The translations under genes and the position numbers were made by a program. Shown one piece after another: positions 21,285 through 30,748 of a DNA stretch of 64,000 nt. The stretch is from an uncultured Pelagibacteraceae bacterium. Lineage in GTDB: Bacteria; Pseudomonadota; Alphaproteobacteria; Pelagibacterales; Pelagibacteraceae. The notes under the pieces are model-generated. The model saw only the letters and a list, made by a program, of their open reading frames with translations, was not told the origin of the DNA and ran no database searches. Within the stretch, counting starts at the first letter, position 1; each line of letters opens with the position of its first letter. The stretch covers positions 56,391 to 120,390 of the forward strand of contig CABZEY010000002.1 of the NCBI GenBank assembly GCA_902524955.1, read 5' to 3'.

Positions 21285-21301
21285 TTATTAACTATATCAA
21301 T

Positions 21302-21796
21302 TTATTTAATTTTTTTAACTTTATTTAGTTCATCAGGTTCAAATTTTTCAATAATTTGCCCTACAGTTTTTAAAAAAACAGGATGTTTCCAATTTACATT
21401 AATATCTCGGATTGGCAAAATGACGAATGGCCTCAGATGCAGGTTTGGATGAGGAATTTTTAAATTTTTTTCATCTAATATTAAATTATCTAGACTAATT
21501 ATATCTATGTCTAAGGTTCTTGGACAGTTTTTCCCCTTCCTTTCTCTGCCAAATAATTTTTCAATTTTTAAAATATTTTCTAATAATTCATAAGGTTTTA
21601 ATTTTGTCTCAATAGATAAAGCGGAATTATAAAATAGAGGATCTGATTTATTTGGATATGCCTCAGATTGATATATGTTAGATTTCTTAATAATGGTAAT
21701 ATTATAATTTTTTAAAATTTGGTAAGTTTTTTCAATAATTTCGATTGGTGATAAATTTTTAAATGTTATATTTGAACCAAGTGCAATTATTTTCAT
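21302..21796 (-). CDS. folK: HPPK (dihydropteridine diphosphokinase)
   Basis: IALGSN, PRTLDIDI, IPHP...RPFV..P. Confidence 0.95.
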   Translation of the reverse strand: MKIIALGSNITFKNLSPIEIIEKTYQILKNYNITIIKKSNIYQSEAYPNKSDPLFYNSALSIETKLKPYELLENILKIEKLFGRERKGKNCPRTLDIDIISLDNLILDEKNLKIPHPNLHLRPFVILPIRDINVNWKHPVFLKTVGQIIEKFEPDELNKVKKIK

Positions 21797-22266
21797 TAAC
21801 TTGATCTTCGAAACACTCGAGATTTTTCTCTATTCCAATCTCTTTGTTTTTTTGTTTGTCTTTTGTCATGAAGTTTTTTACCTTTTCCAACCGCAATATT
21901 TACTTTAGCTATTCCTTTTAAGTTAAAATATATTCTTGTTGGAACAATAGAAAAACCATCTCGGTTTATTTTGCCGATTAGTTTATTAATTTCTTTTTTT
22001 TTTAGTAATAATTTCCTTAATCTTCTTGGATCATGATTATTATAACTACTATGCTTATACTCAGGAATATAAGTGTTATACAGATATATTTCTCCCTCAC
22101 TGTCTAGTGCGTAAGAATCAGCTATACTTCCCTTTCCAGCTCTTAATGACTTGACCTCAGATCCTAAAAGTTCAATTCCAGCTTCTAGAGTGTCTTCAAA
22201 GAAATAATTAAAACTAGCTTTTCGATTTTGAGCAACAATATTGCTCGTAGTTTTTTTTTTATTCAT
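21796..22266 (-). CDS. smpB: SsrA-binding protein
   Basis: [30 protein letters not shown]. Confidence 0.97.
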   Translation of the reverse strand: MNKKKTTSNIVAQNRKASFNYFFEDTLEAGIELLGSEVKSLRAGKGSIADSYALDSEGEIYLYNTYIPEYKHSSYNNHDPRRLRKLLLKKKEINKLIGKINRDGFSIVPTRIYFNLKGIAKVNIAVGKGKKLHDKRQTKKQRDWNREKSRVFRRSS

Positions 22267-23138
22267 TATATTAATGATAAACTATTCAAAACTGCTTTGA
22301 TTTTTTCTTTAGAGGCTTTCTCAGCAGTAACGAGAGGTAACCTTACCTCTTCGGACATCATGCCCATTAAATTTAAACTATACTTTGCAGGTACTGGGTT
22401 ACTCTCAACAAACATAATGTCATGCAGGGGAAGCAACTTATCAAAAATGGTTTTTGCTTCATCAAATTTATTAGAATTACATAAGCTATGAAAATTAGCA
22501 CAAATTTTTGGAGCAACATTTGCAGATACAGAAATACATCCTGATCCTCCAAGTTTATTAAACTCATAAGTATTTTCATCATTACCTGAAAGCATTAAAA
22601 ATTCATTTCCCATTTTATTTTTTTGCTGAGTAACTCTATTTAAATCCCCTGTTGCATCTTTAACCCCAACTATATTTTTTAATTCGAATAAACGAGCCAT
22701 CGTATCAACACTCATATCAACAACTGATCTTCCTGGTATATTATAAATAATTATTGGGATGCCACAGTTATCATTAATTTTTTTGTAATGTTGGTACAGA
22801 CCTTCTTGTGTTGGCTTGTTGTAATAAGGAGTAACTACTAATGCTGCATCAACCTTGGCTTGTTCTGCAAATTTAGTCATTTCTACTGCCTCATCTGTAG
22901 AATTTGAGCCTGTCCCAGCAATTACTGGAATTTTGCCATTTGTAACTTTAACTGCGGTTTCAATTAATAGTTTGTGCTCATCATGACTAATTGTCGGCGA
23001 CTCACCAGTTGTGCCACAGGGGACAATTCCGTTTGTTCCATTTGTAATTTGGAAATTGATAAACTTCTCAAAGGCTTCTAGATCCAAATTATTGCCTTTA
23101 AATGGGCTCACCAAAGCTGTTATAGATCCTTTAAACAT
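22266..23138 (-). CDS. dapA: 4-hydroxy-tetrahydrodipicolinate synthase
   Basis: [34 protein letters not shown]. Confidence 0.97.
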   Translation of the reverse strand: MFKGSITALVSPFKGNNLDLEAFEKFINFQITNGTNGIVPCGTTGESPTISHDEHKLLIETAVKVTNGKIPVIAGTGSNSTDEAVEMTKFAEQAKVDAALVVTPYYNKPTQEGLYQHYKKINDNCGIPIIIYNIPGRSVVDMSVDTMARLFELKNIVGVKDATGDLNRVTQQKNKMGNEFLMLSGNDENTYEFNKLGGSGCISVSANVAPKICANFHSLCNSNKFDEAKTIFDKLLPLHDIMFVESNPVPAKYSLNLMGMMSEEVRLPLVTAEKASKEKIKAVLNSLSLI

Positions 23139-23177
23139 AGTTAGTAAAATTTAAATATTTATATATAGAATTAGTTA

Positions 23178-25421
23178 ATGATTAAAGGGAAAACTTTACT
23201 ACAATTATCAAGTTGTTTGATAATTACTTTTTTAATCTCTAATAATTCCTTTGCAAGATTAATAAAGCCTGAGCCAAAACCTTCTGAGTATAAGAAAGAA
23301 ACTCCAGTAGAAGTTCAAAAACCTTCTCGAAAGGTGACACCTGAAATTTTAACACCCAAAAAGCCTAACAAAGTAAAAAAAATTCCACCAATCAAAGAGG
23401 TCAAAAAAGAAAAAAAGATAAATAAAGTTATAGAAAACAATGAAAAGTTTTCAGTATCAAATGAAATTATTCCATTAAAAAAACCTTTAGATCTTGGTAT
23501 TTTAAAAAAGAAATCAAGCATACTCTCTTCTAAAGACTTCCTTATCGCTCAAAAAACATTCAGTCTTGTAAAGAGGAAAAGATGGAATTCAGCAATGAAA
23601 GAGGTCAGGAAATCAAGGTCAAAACTTTTAAAAAATTTAGTTACCTGGATGTATTTAAAAGAGCCATCAAATAATTTAACCTTTCAAGATTATAAAAGAT
23701 TTATAGATAAAAATCCCGAATGGCCTAGAATTAATAGGTTAAGATATTTGGCTGAACATAAGATTAATTTTAAAAACGTTAAACCAAAAGAAGTAATTAA
23801 TTTTTTTGAAAAAAAAGAACCTTTAAGTGGATACGGAAAAATTAAACTAGGTGAAGCTTTTCTTACAAAGGGAAATACAAAAAAAGCTCATGGTTTAATA
23901 GCAGATGGCTTTAAAACAGCTAACCTAAGTAGTATCGAACATAAATATTTAAATAAAAAATTCAGAAATCTTTTAACAAAAGAGGATTATATTGAGCGAG
24001 CAAAATACTTAGCTTGGGAGCAGGATTTTTACGAATTAAGAAGGACGCTTAGATACCTGCCATCTGGATATAAAGAACTTTATTTTGCAAGATTTGCACT
24101 TATGACAAGATCTTATGGGGTCGACAGTGCCATAGCAAAAGTACCTCCTAAATTTAAAAATGATATCGGTTTACAATTTGATAGGGCAAAATGGAGACGG
24201 AAACGCGGAAGATATGATAGCGCACTTGAAATTATTAATAATTTACCACAAGATCCTAAACTATTAGTAAAACCAGATCTTTGGTTTAAGGAGAAGTTTA
24301 TTATAGCAAGAAGTCGAATTAATAAAAAAAGATTTGAAGAAGCTTACGGATTACTAATTAATCATGGAGTTCTAGATAGTGGAAATTTAGCAGAGGCTGA
24401 GTGGCACGCTGGTTGGTTAGCATTAAGGTTTTTAAACAAACCAGATGCAGCAGTTCAACACTTTAAAACCATGTATGATGGTGTAAATTATCCAATCAGT
24501 AAATCTAGAGCTGCTTATTGGGTTGGTAAAGCATATGAACAGTTAGGGAAAGACCAAGATTCAAAAGATTGGTATAAAAAATCCTCAGTTTTTAATACGA
24601 CATTTTATGGACAATTAGCATCAGCAAAAATAAATAAAAATGATTTTAAAGTTAAAAATAATTATAAATTCTTAGAAGAGGATTACAAAAAACTCTTAAA
24701 AACCGATTTGGCAAAAGCTGTTATCCTTTTAGATGAGCTAGATATGACTTTAAAAAGTAAGGATATACTTAGACACCTTGGTTCTGAAGATAGATCAATT
24801 AAAGACCAGGTTTTAGCTGGAAAATTATCTCAGCAAGTGGGGAGACTTGATTTTGCAATTCAAATTGCAAAACAAACTTCATATCAAAATAAAAATCTAT
24901 TAGAATTAAACTATCCAATTATTGAAACTCCAAAAGTAGTTTCTAAAAGAGCTGTTCTGCCACAAGAAGTAATTTTATCTTTAATCCGTCAAGAAAGTGA
25001 ATTTGATCGTGATGCTAACAGTTGGGTAGGTGCAAAAGGATTGATGCAAATAATGCCAGCAACGGGAAGATTGGTTAGCAAACAAGCAGGGCTCAAATAT
25101 AGCAGAAGTAGACTAATTGAAGATGAATTTTTCAATTTGCAACTAGGTTGCTATTATATATCAGGTTTGAATGAAGAATTTAATGGAGCTATTTATATGG
25201 CATTTGCAGGTTACAACGCCGGACCACATCGAGTTAGAAGATGGGTAAAGAGATTTGGAGATCCAAGGAAAGGTGAAATAGATCCAATTGATTGGATAGA
25301 ATTAATACCTTTTACAGAAACAAGAAATTATGTTCAGCGTGTGATTGAAAATATTCAAGTTTACAAATATGTCATTAATAAAAAGACTGTAACGAACGAT
25401 ATAGAAAAAATGTTATTTTGA
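23178..25421 (+). CDS. slt: Soluble lytic murein transglycosylase
   Basis: Signal peptide, Pro/Lys-rich linker, IRQESEF, GLMQIMP, YNAGP, ETRNYV. Confidence 0.93.
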   Translation: MIKGKTLLQLSSCLIITFLISNNSFARLIKPEPKPSEYKKETPVEVQKPSRKVTPEILTPKKPNKVKKIPPIKEVKKEKKINKVIENNEKFSVSNEIIPLKKPLDLGILKKKSSILSSKDFLIAQKTFSLVKRKRWNSAMKEVRKSRSKLLKNLVTWMYLKEPSNNLTFQDYKRFIDKNPEWPRINRLRYLAEHKINFKNVKPKEVINFFEKKEPLSGYGKIKLGEAFLTKGNTKKAHGLIADGFKTANLSSIEHKYLNKKFRNLLTKEDYIERAKYLAWEQDFYELRRTLRYLPSGYKELYFARFALMTRSYGVDSAIAKVPPKFKNDIGLQFDRAKWRRKRGRYDSALEIINNLPQDPKLLVKPDLWFKEKFIIARSRINKKRFEEAYGLLINHGVLDSGNLAEAEWHAGWLALRFLNKPDAAVQHFKTMYDGVNYPISKSRAAYWVGKAYEQLGKDQDSKDWYKKSSVFNTTFYGQLASAKINKNDFKVKNNYKFLEEDYKKLLKTDLAKAVILLDELDMTLKSKDILRHLGSEDRSIKDQVLAGKLSQQVGRLDFAIQIAKQTSYQNKNLLELNYPIIETPKVVSKRAVLPQEVILSLIRQESEFDRDANSWVGAKGLMQIMPATGRLVSKQAGLKYSRSRLIEDEFFNLQLGCYYISGLNEEFNGAIYMAFAGYNAGPHRVRRWVKRFGDPRKGEIDPIDWIELIPFTETRNYVQRVIENIQVYKYVINKKTVTNDIEKMLF

Positions 25422-26147
25422 AAAATAATCCTTAAAAGCGTAAGAAATTACGGCAAATACAGTCAAATAATTTAAATAAGATATATAAAAAGAACCCACA
25501 TCAAATAAAGGTTTTACAGTTTGATAGATATCTTTGTAACTTGTCATGAATGAAAGCTGTAGAGTTAAATAAATCATAGAAGGTACCAAAAAAACTACTG
25601 TCACAATTGTAAACAATAAAAATAACTTAGACCCAATCATGTTGAGTTCTTTTGCATTATATTTAAAATTCATACCCAATGTTAACTTAGGTAATATAAA
25701 GATTAATTTTAAAGATAAAATCGTTGTAAAAATCCAAAATATTAAAATTGCAGAAGCATTTTCATTTTGAATGGTTAGTACTTTTCTCATTACAAAATGA
25801 ATTAATAATGGTGATAAAGCAATCAAAGTAAGTGCTAAAAAATTAAAAAAATATCTTAAACTTCTCGCTGATAAAAATTCTCTTAGAAAAGAAACTTTTT
25901 TTTTATTTAAAATTTCTTCGTGAACACATATTCCAATGGCACTAGTAATAATCATTACAAATAGAAAAAAGAAGATGACTGTAAAATTTGTTGCGATTTT
26001 ATTGCTCATTAAATAATTAAGAATATTAAATGCAATTGTAATGAAAATTACAGCAGGAAAACCATCTTTTAATCTTTTGCTAAAATTGGAAAATAAGTAC
26101 TGAAATGAACTGGCTAATGTTTTACCTATGGAAATATCATTTTTCAT
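25413..26147 (-). CDS. Hypothetical multi-TM membrane protein
   Basis: 244-aa ORF with about 6 hydrophobic segments; no recognised motif. Confidence 0.7.
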   Translation of the reverse strand: MKNDISIGKTLASSFQYLFSNFSKRLKDGFPAVIFITIAFNILNYLMSNKIATNFTVIFFFLFVMIITSAIGICVHEEILNKKKVSFLREFLSARSLRYFFNFLALTLIALSPLLIHFVMRKVLTIQNENASAILIFWIFTTILSLKLIFILPKLTLGMNFKYNAKELNMIGSKLFLLFTIVTVVFLVPSMIYLTLQLSFMTSYKDIYQTVKPLFDVGSFYISYLNYLTVFAVISYAFKDYFSK

Positions 26148-26152
26148 ATTTG

Positions 26153-26244
26153 TGGCGGACAGGGAGGGATTCGAACCCTCGTTACGATGTTACTCGTAAG
26201 GCTAGTTAGCAACCAGCTGGTTTCAACCACTCACCCACCTGTCC
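26153..26244 (-). tRNA. tRNA-Ser(GCT)
   Basis: Acceptor GGACAGG/CCTGTCC-G-CCA, anticodon arm GCTGG-TTGCTAA-CTAGC, long variable arm TTACGA/TCGTAA, T arm GAGGG-TTCGAAT-CCCTC; 92 nt. Confidence 0.97.
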
Positions 26245-26602
26245 TACTTTTTTTAACTATATAATAGTAAATGACTAAATTTACAAAAATTAAAATAACT
26301 CCTAAATAAGTCTGTATCTCATAATCGAGTGCTGGTGGATAAATAATTTTAAAAACATAGTTTTCAATAAAATCTATCGAATAATGATCTTTTCCAGCTT
26401 TTTTTAAGAAATAATTCTCTAAATGGGTTAATGGACATATAGAGTGACTAAGCTCAATATAAGCTCCCCAAGCAACTGCAGGAATATGAAAATAAATTAT
26501 TTTCTTAAATTTAAATATTAGTAATGCTCCAAATATAACAAAAAGTATAAACGAAAAATGTAAAAGAAGAGTTAATGTTGCTAAGGTTTCTAAAAGGATC
26601 AA
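26231..26602 (-). CDS. DUF2784-like small membrane protein
   Basis: H..FILFV.FG, HIPAVAWG..IE....ICPLT.LEN, FIE.Y...IIYP. Confidence 0.8.
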   Translation of the reverse strand: MILLETLATLTLLLHFSFILFVIFGALLIFKFKKIIYFHIPAVAWGAYIELSHSICPLTHLENYFLKKAGKDHYSIDFIENYVFKIIYPPALDYEIQTYLGVILIFVNLVIYYYIVKKSRTGG

Positions 26603-26603
26603 G

Positions 26604-27020
26604 TTAAAAAGGTTTTACTACGACTAAAATTACAATCAAAATTAATAGTATTGTTGGTACCTCGTTAATGTATCTAAAATATTTAGAAGTGTATTTTGAC
26701 GGATTGTTAATAAGTTTCTTTCGAACAACCCCAAGATACATGTGATAAGCCGATAAAATAACAACTAGTGTAATTTTAGCGTGTAACCAACCTGCTGATC
26801 CAACATAATGGATTAAAGCAATGCCGAAAATCCAACTTGCAATCATTGCTGGATTCATAATGTATTTTAAAAGTTTATATTCCATTGTTTCAAAAGTTTT
26901 GCAGATAAGTTCACTATGTGCATTTTCTGTGTGATAAACATATAATCTGGGTAGATAAAAAAGCCCTGCAAACCACGCTATAAAGGAAATAATATGTAAT
27001 ACTTTAAGCCATTCGTACAT
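26604..27020 (-). CDS. hemJ: Protoporphyrinogen IX oxidase HemJ
   Basis: WLK.LHII..IAWFAGLFYLPRL.VYH, IMNPAM, WLHAK, NEVPT, KPF; start at TAATG overlap. Confidence 0.95.
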   Translation of the reverse strand: MYEWLKVLHIISFIAWFAGLFYLPRLYVYHTENAHSELICKTFETMEYKLLKYIMNPAMIASWIFGIALIHYVGSAGWLHAKITLVVILSAYHMYLGVVRKKLINNPSKYTSKYFRYINEVPTILLILIVILVVVKPF

Positions 27021-27835
27021 TAGTTCCACTCCGCTTTTGGGGGCATAGACATCAAGATAGCCTCAACATTTCCATCTGTTTTTAAACCAAACAAAGTTCC
27101 TCTGTCATATAATAAATTAAATTCTACATATCTTGATCTTTTATGCATTAGTTTTTTTATATCTTCATCATTATAAGACGAATCTTTTTTTCTTGCAGCA
27201 TTATCATGTACAAAATCCTTAAAATATACACCTAAACTTTTTATAAAGTTGAATTCATTGTCAAAATTATCTTCATTGAGATAATCAAAAAAAATACCTC
27301 CCACTCCTCTTGGCTCTTTTCGATGTTTTAAATAAAAATATTCGTCACACTCTTTTTTCCATTTAGGATAATCGTAAGAACTTTTTTTACATAAGTTTTC
27401 TAATCCTTGGTGAAAAGAATTTGTCTCTTGCTCTTCTGGAACGGCTGGGGTTAAATCACATCCTCCACCAAACCAAGATTTTTCAGTTGCAATAAATCTA
27501 GTATTAAAATGAGCAGCAGCTATTTTGGGATTTTTCATATGTGCTACTATTGAAATACCAGCTGCCCAAAAATTTGCACTATTTTCAGTCCCTGGTATTT
27601 TTTTTCTAAACTCGTCACTAAATTTTCCATGAACAACTGAGATATTAACACCAACCTTTTCAAACACTTCGCCTTTCATAATTGCCATGGTTCCACCTCC
27701 GCCACCTGGTCTTTCCCATGTTTTTTTTTGAAATTTTTTTGTATCTAATGATTCAAATGAACTTATCATTTGATTTTGTAAATCTTGAAACCAGCTAGAA
27801 GTTAGTTTTTTTTTATCCTCTATATTTTTGCTCAT
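27020..27835 (-). CDS. hemF: Oxygen-dependent coproporphyrinogen III oxidase
   Basis: FEKVGVN, HFNTR, WFGGG.DLTP, RGVGGIFFD, RYVEFNL.YDRGT.FG. Confidence 0.96.
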   Translation of the reverse strand: MSKNIEDKKKLTSSWFQDLQNQMISSFESLDTKKFQKKTWERPGGGGGTMAIMKGEVFEKVGVNISVVHGKFSDEFRKKIPGTENSANFWAAGISIVAHMKNPKIAAAHFNTRFIATEKSWFGGGCDLTPAVPEEQETNSFHQGLENLCKKSSYDYPKWKKECDEYFYLKHRKEPRGVGGIFFDYLNEDNFDNEFNFIKSLGVYFKDFVHDNAARKKDSSYNDEDIKKLMHKRSRYVEFNLLYDRGTLFGLKTDGNVEAILMSMPPKAEWN

Positions 27836-28855
27836 AACCAACCTTGAAGTTCATTTTTAATTAAAGCTCCAATAAGGCTTATGTGATCAGATTGATCATT
27901 TAAACAAGGAATATAACTAAACTTTTTACCACCATGCTCTTCAAAAATTTCTCTATTTTCACCATCTAATTCCTCTATCGTTTCTAAACAATCTGCAGAA
28001 AAGCCTGGCGCAACAATTTGTAAGTGCTCCACTTTATCTTTGGCTAATTTTTCTACTGTCTTATCGGTATAAGGTTGCAACCATTCTTCTGGACCAAAAC
28101 GAGATTGAAAAGTTGTCATTGCAAATTCTTCTGAAAGACCCATTTGTTCTCTCACAAGTCTTGTCGTTTTACTACACAAGCAATGATACGGATCACCTTT
28201 GGTAAAATATTTTTTTGGAATACCGTGATAGCTGAATAAAATCTTATCTGGCTTTCCATGTTTATCCCAATGTTTTTGAATACTATTTGCTAGAGCCTTA
28301 ATGAAATCAGGATGGTCATGATAAGTTGAGATAAATCTTAAAGAAGGTACCCATCTCCATTTTTGCATTGTATTTGTAACAGCATCAAAAGTTGAGCCAG
28401 TGGTTGCTGCACAATAATGTGGGTACATAGGTAAAACAATAATCTTATTACAGTTTTTTTCTCTTAATTCTTCTAAACCTTTTTCAATACTTGGATTGCC
28501 GTATCGCATACCGACTGCAAATTCTAATTCGAGGTTTTCTTTTCCTAATAAATCTTGTGTTAATTTTTTTTGTTTATTTAAAATAACCAAAAGTGGTGAA
28601 CCTTCATCTGTCCATACCTTTTGATAATTTTTAGCGGATTTTTGAGGTCGTGTGTTAAGAATAATACCGTTCAAAATAACTTGCCAAATTAACTTTGGAG
28701 TTTCAATAACTCTTGGGTCGGATAAAAATTCTTTAAGGTAAACTCTTAATTCTTTTTTTTTGTGGTTTATCTGGTGTTCCAAGATTAGATAACAAAACAC
28801 CAATCCTTAATTTTGTACCATGTTTAAATTCGCTATTTCCAATAAATGTAGCCAT
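27832..28855 (-). CDS. hemH: Ferrochelatase (apparent +1 frameshift in A9 run at 28753-28761)
   Basis: Real N-terminus from ATG 28855: MATFIGNSEFKHGTKLRIGVLLSNLGTPD, joins ELRVYLKEFLSDPRV; SYHGIP, FQSRFG..WLQP, DCLETIEE. Confidence 0.93.
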
Positions 28856-29868
28856 TATAATTCCGTTCTAATTTTTTCTACAAAAAGTTTAACATGTTCT
28901 TCTGGTGTTGTTTTTAAAACACCATGATCTAAACTGCAAATCCAACCTGCTCTATTAGCAAGATCTTGGTCTTTTACATACTTAATAAAGTTAGTTAAAT
29001 GCTTTTTAAAATCTTTAATGTTTTCCGATGCCAGGTACTCATTTGGGAAATTGCCTTGAAGAGATAAATCGGTACCCAGTAATTTAGAGAAAATATCTTG
29101 GTTGGATCCAACTACTGTTAATTTTAGTCCATTGATAGATTTTATACTATTAAATTTTTCATCATCAACATCTTTAATAAAATAACCAATCTTTCCTGGA
29201 TATTTGAATGCAATTTTTTCAATAAATGGTTTTACATTTTTATTAAACTGCTCAAGGCTTAGGTGCTGTGCTTCAGTATCAAAAATCATTAGCAAATCTA
29301 AATCTACACCAAATTGTAAATCGATATTATTCTCAAGAATTTTTTCTATAACAGGTAAAAAATTATCTAATAAATTGCTATTTGATTGAGGATGCCTTTT
29401 TGCAAATTGATAGAGGGTATACGGGCCACCAACAAAACCAATCAAAGATTTATTCTTAGGCAATGTATCTCTAATCATATCTAAACCATCAATTTGAAAT
29501 TTTATATACTCGGAAAAACTTTGCTCTTTTTCTTGATTTAATATTTGTTCTGTTAAAGGATTAAAAAACTGCGGACCTGGATTAAAAGTTAAACCCATAC
29601 CAAGATAATCCAATGGAAATAAAATATCACTAAAAAGAATTGCGGCATCAAAATCAAAATCTTTAATTGGACCCATAGTAGTTTCACAAATTAATTCTGG
29701 CGTTTTACACAATTCTTCAAAAGTGTGTTTCTTTTTTAAATTTTGGTAATGCTTATGATAACGTCCAGCTTGTCTCATTAGCCAAATAGGAGGTATCTTT
29801 TGCTCTATACGGTTAAGTGCATTATAAAATTTTTGATTATAAATTTTTGGCAATGTCTCTTGCTCCAT
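28855..29868 (-). CDS. hemE: Uroporphyrinogen decarboxylase
   Basis: PIWLMRQAGRY, DAAILFSDIL, IGFVGGP, QGN, HGVL..TP. Confidence 0.93.
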   Translation of the reverse strand: MEQETLPKIYNQKFYNALNRIEQKIPPIWLMRQAGRYHKHYQNLKKKHTFEELCKTPELICETTMGPIKDFDFDAAILFSDILFPLDYLGMGLTFNPGPQFFNPLTEQILNQEKEQSFSEYIKFQIDGLDMIRDTLPKNKSLIGFVGGPYTLYQFAKRHPQSNSNLLDNFLPVIEKILENNIDLQFGVDLDLLMIFDTEAQHLSLEQFNKNVKPFIEKIAFKYPGKIGYFIKDVDDEKFNSIKSINGLKLTVVGSNQDIFSKLLGTDLSLQGNFPNEYLASENIKDFKKHLTNFIKYVKDQDLANRAGWICSLDHGVLKTTPEEHVKLFVEKIRTEL

Positions 29869-30748
29869 ATGTTATTATAAAATCGGCGCCTGCTCTATGA
29901 ATAGCTGTTAAACTTTCTTTGTAAAGTTTGTCAAAATCACCTAATTTATTCTGAGATAAATACTGCAAAGATGCATATTCCCCGCTCACTTGATAGGCTC
30001 CTGTTGGTAATTTAGTTTTATTTTTAATTTCTTTAATTAGATCAATTGAGGTAATACCAGGTTTGACCATTAAATAAGAAGCACCATGTTTTGCATTTGT
30101 GATTGAGCTTTGTAATGCTTTTTTGAAATCATGAACAGGAAGTTGATAAGAAGATCTGTCAAATTTTTTTGGAGAAGATTTGGCAGCATTTCTAAATGGT
30201 CCATAAAAACTACTAAAAAATTTTGACGAATAACTCATAATTGGAATTTTAAATTTTTTCTTTTTAAATAATGATTTCAAATATTTGGTTGTATCTTTCA
30301 TCATATCGCTGGGGGCAATAATATCAGCTCCTGCTTGAATAAAAGTATCAGCTGCTATTCCTAGTGATTTATGTGTTTCTTTTAAATTAATTTTATTTTT
30401 ATGAGTAATTCCACAATGACCATCAGTTGTAACCGAACAAAGACATGTATCTACAATTATTAATATACGATTACCAAACGTTTTTTTTATGTGTGATAAG
30501 ACTTGATAATGAAAATTAAAATCTTCTGGTTTTCTTTGTTTTTTCTTTGGTATTATAAAAAATAGAAAATTTTTAACTCCTTTACTGATATCTGACGTAA
30601 TTGTCTTTTTTGCACTTTGAAGTGTATGACTATAATTTGTTCCCAATCCTTTAATGATCTTTTTTGATCTTAGCCCCTCTTCAATAAATATAGGTTGAAT
30701 TAAATTAGTAGCTTTTAACTTATTTGAATTAGAAAATTTTTTCATCAT
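29837..30748 (-). CDS. hemB: Porphobilinogen synthase, Zn-type
   Basis: DTCLCSVTTDGHCG, APSDMM, SYSSKF.S.FYGPFR, MVKPG, YQVSGEY. Confidence 0.95.
   Translation of the reverse strand: MMKKFSNSNKLKATNLIQPIFIEEGLRSKKIIKGLGTNYSHTLQSAKKTITSDISKGVKNFLFFIIPKKKQRKPEDFNFHYQVLSHIKKTFGNRILIIVDTCLCSVTTDGHCGITHKNKINLKETHKSLGIAADTFIQAGADIIAPSDMMKDTTKYLKSLFKKKKFKIPIMSYSSKFFSSFYGPFRNAAKSSPKKFDRSSYQLPVHDFKKALQSSITNAKHGASYLMVKPGITSIDLIKEIKNKTKLPTGAYQVSGEYASLQYLSQNKLGDFDKLYKESLTAIHRAGADFIITYGARDIAKNL

Noticed and set aside
23260-23490. Pro/Lys-rich repeats (PKP, PKKP, PLKKP) at the Slt N-terminus
   Set aside because: Low-complexity periplasmic linker without a nucleotide-level repeat
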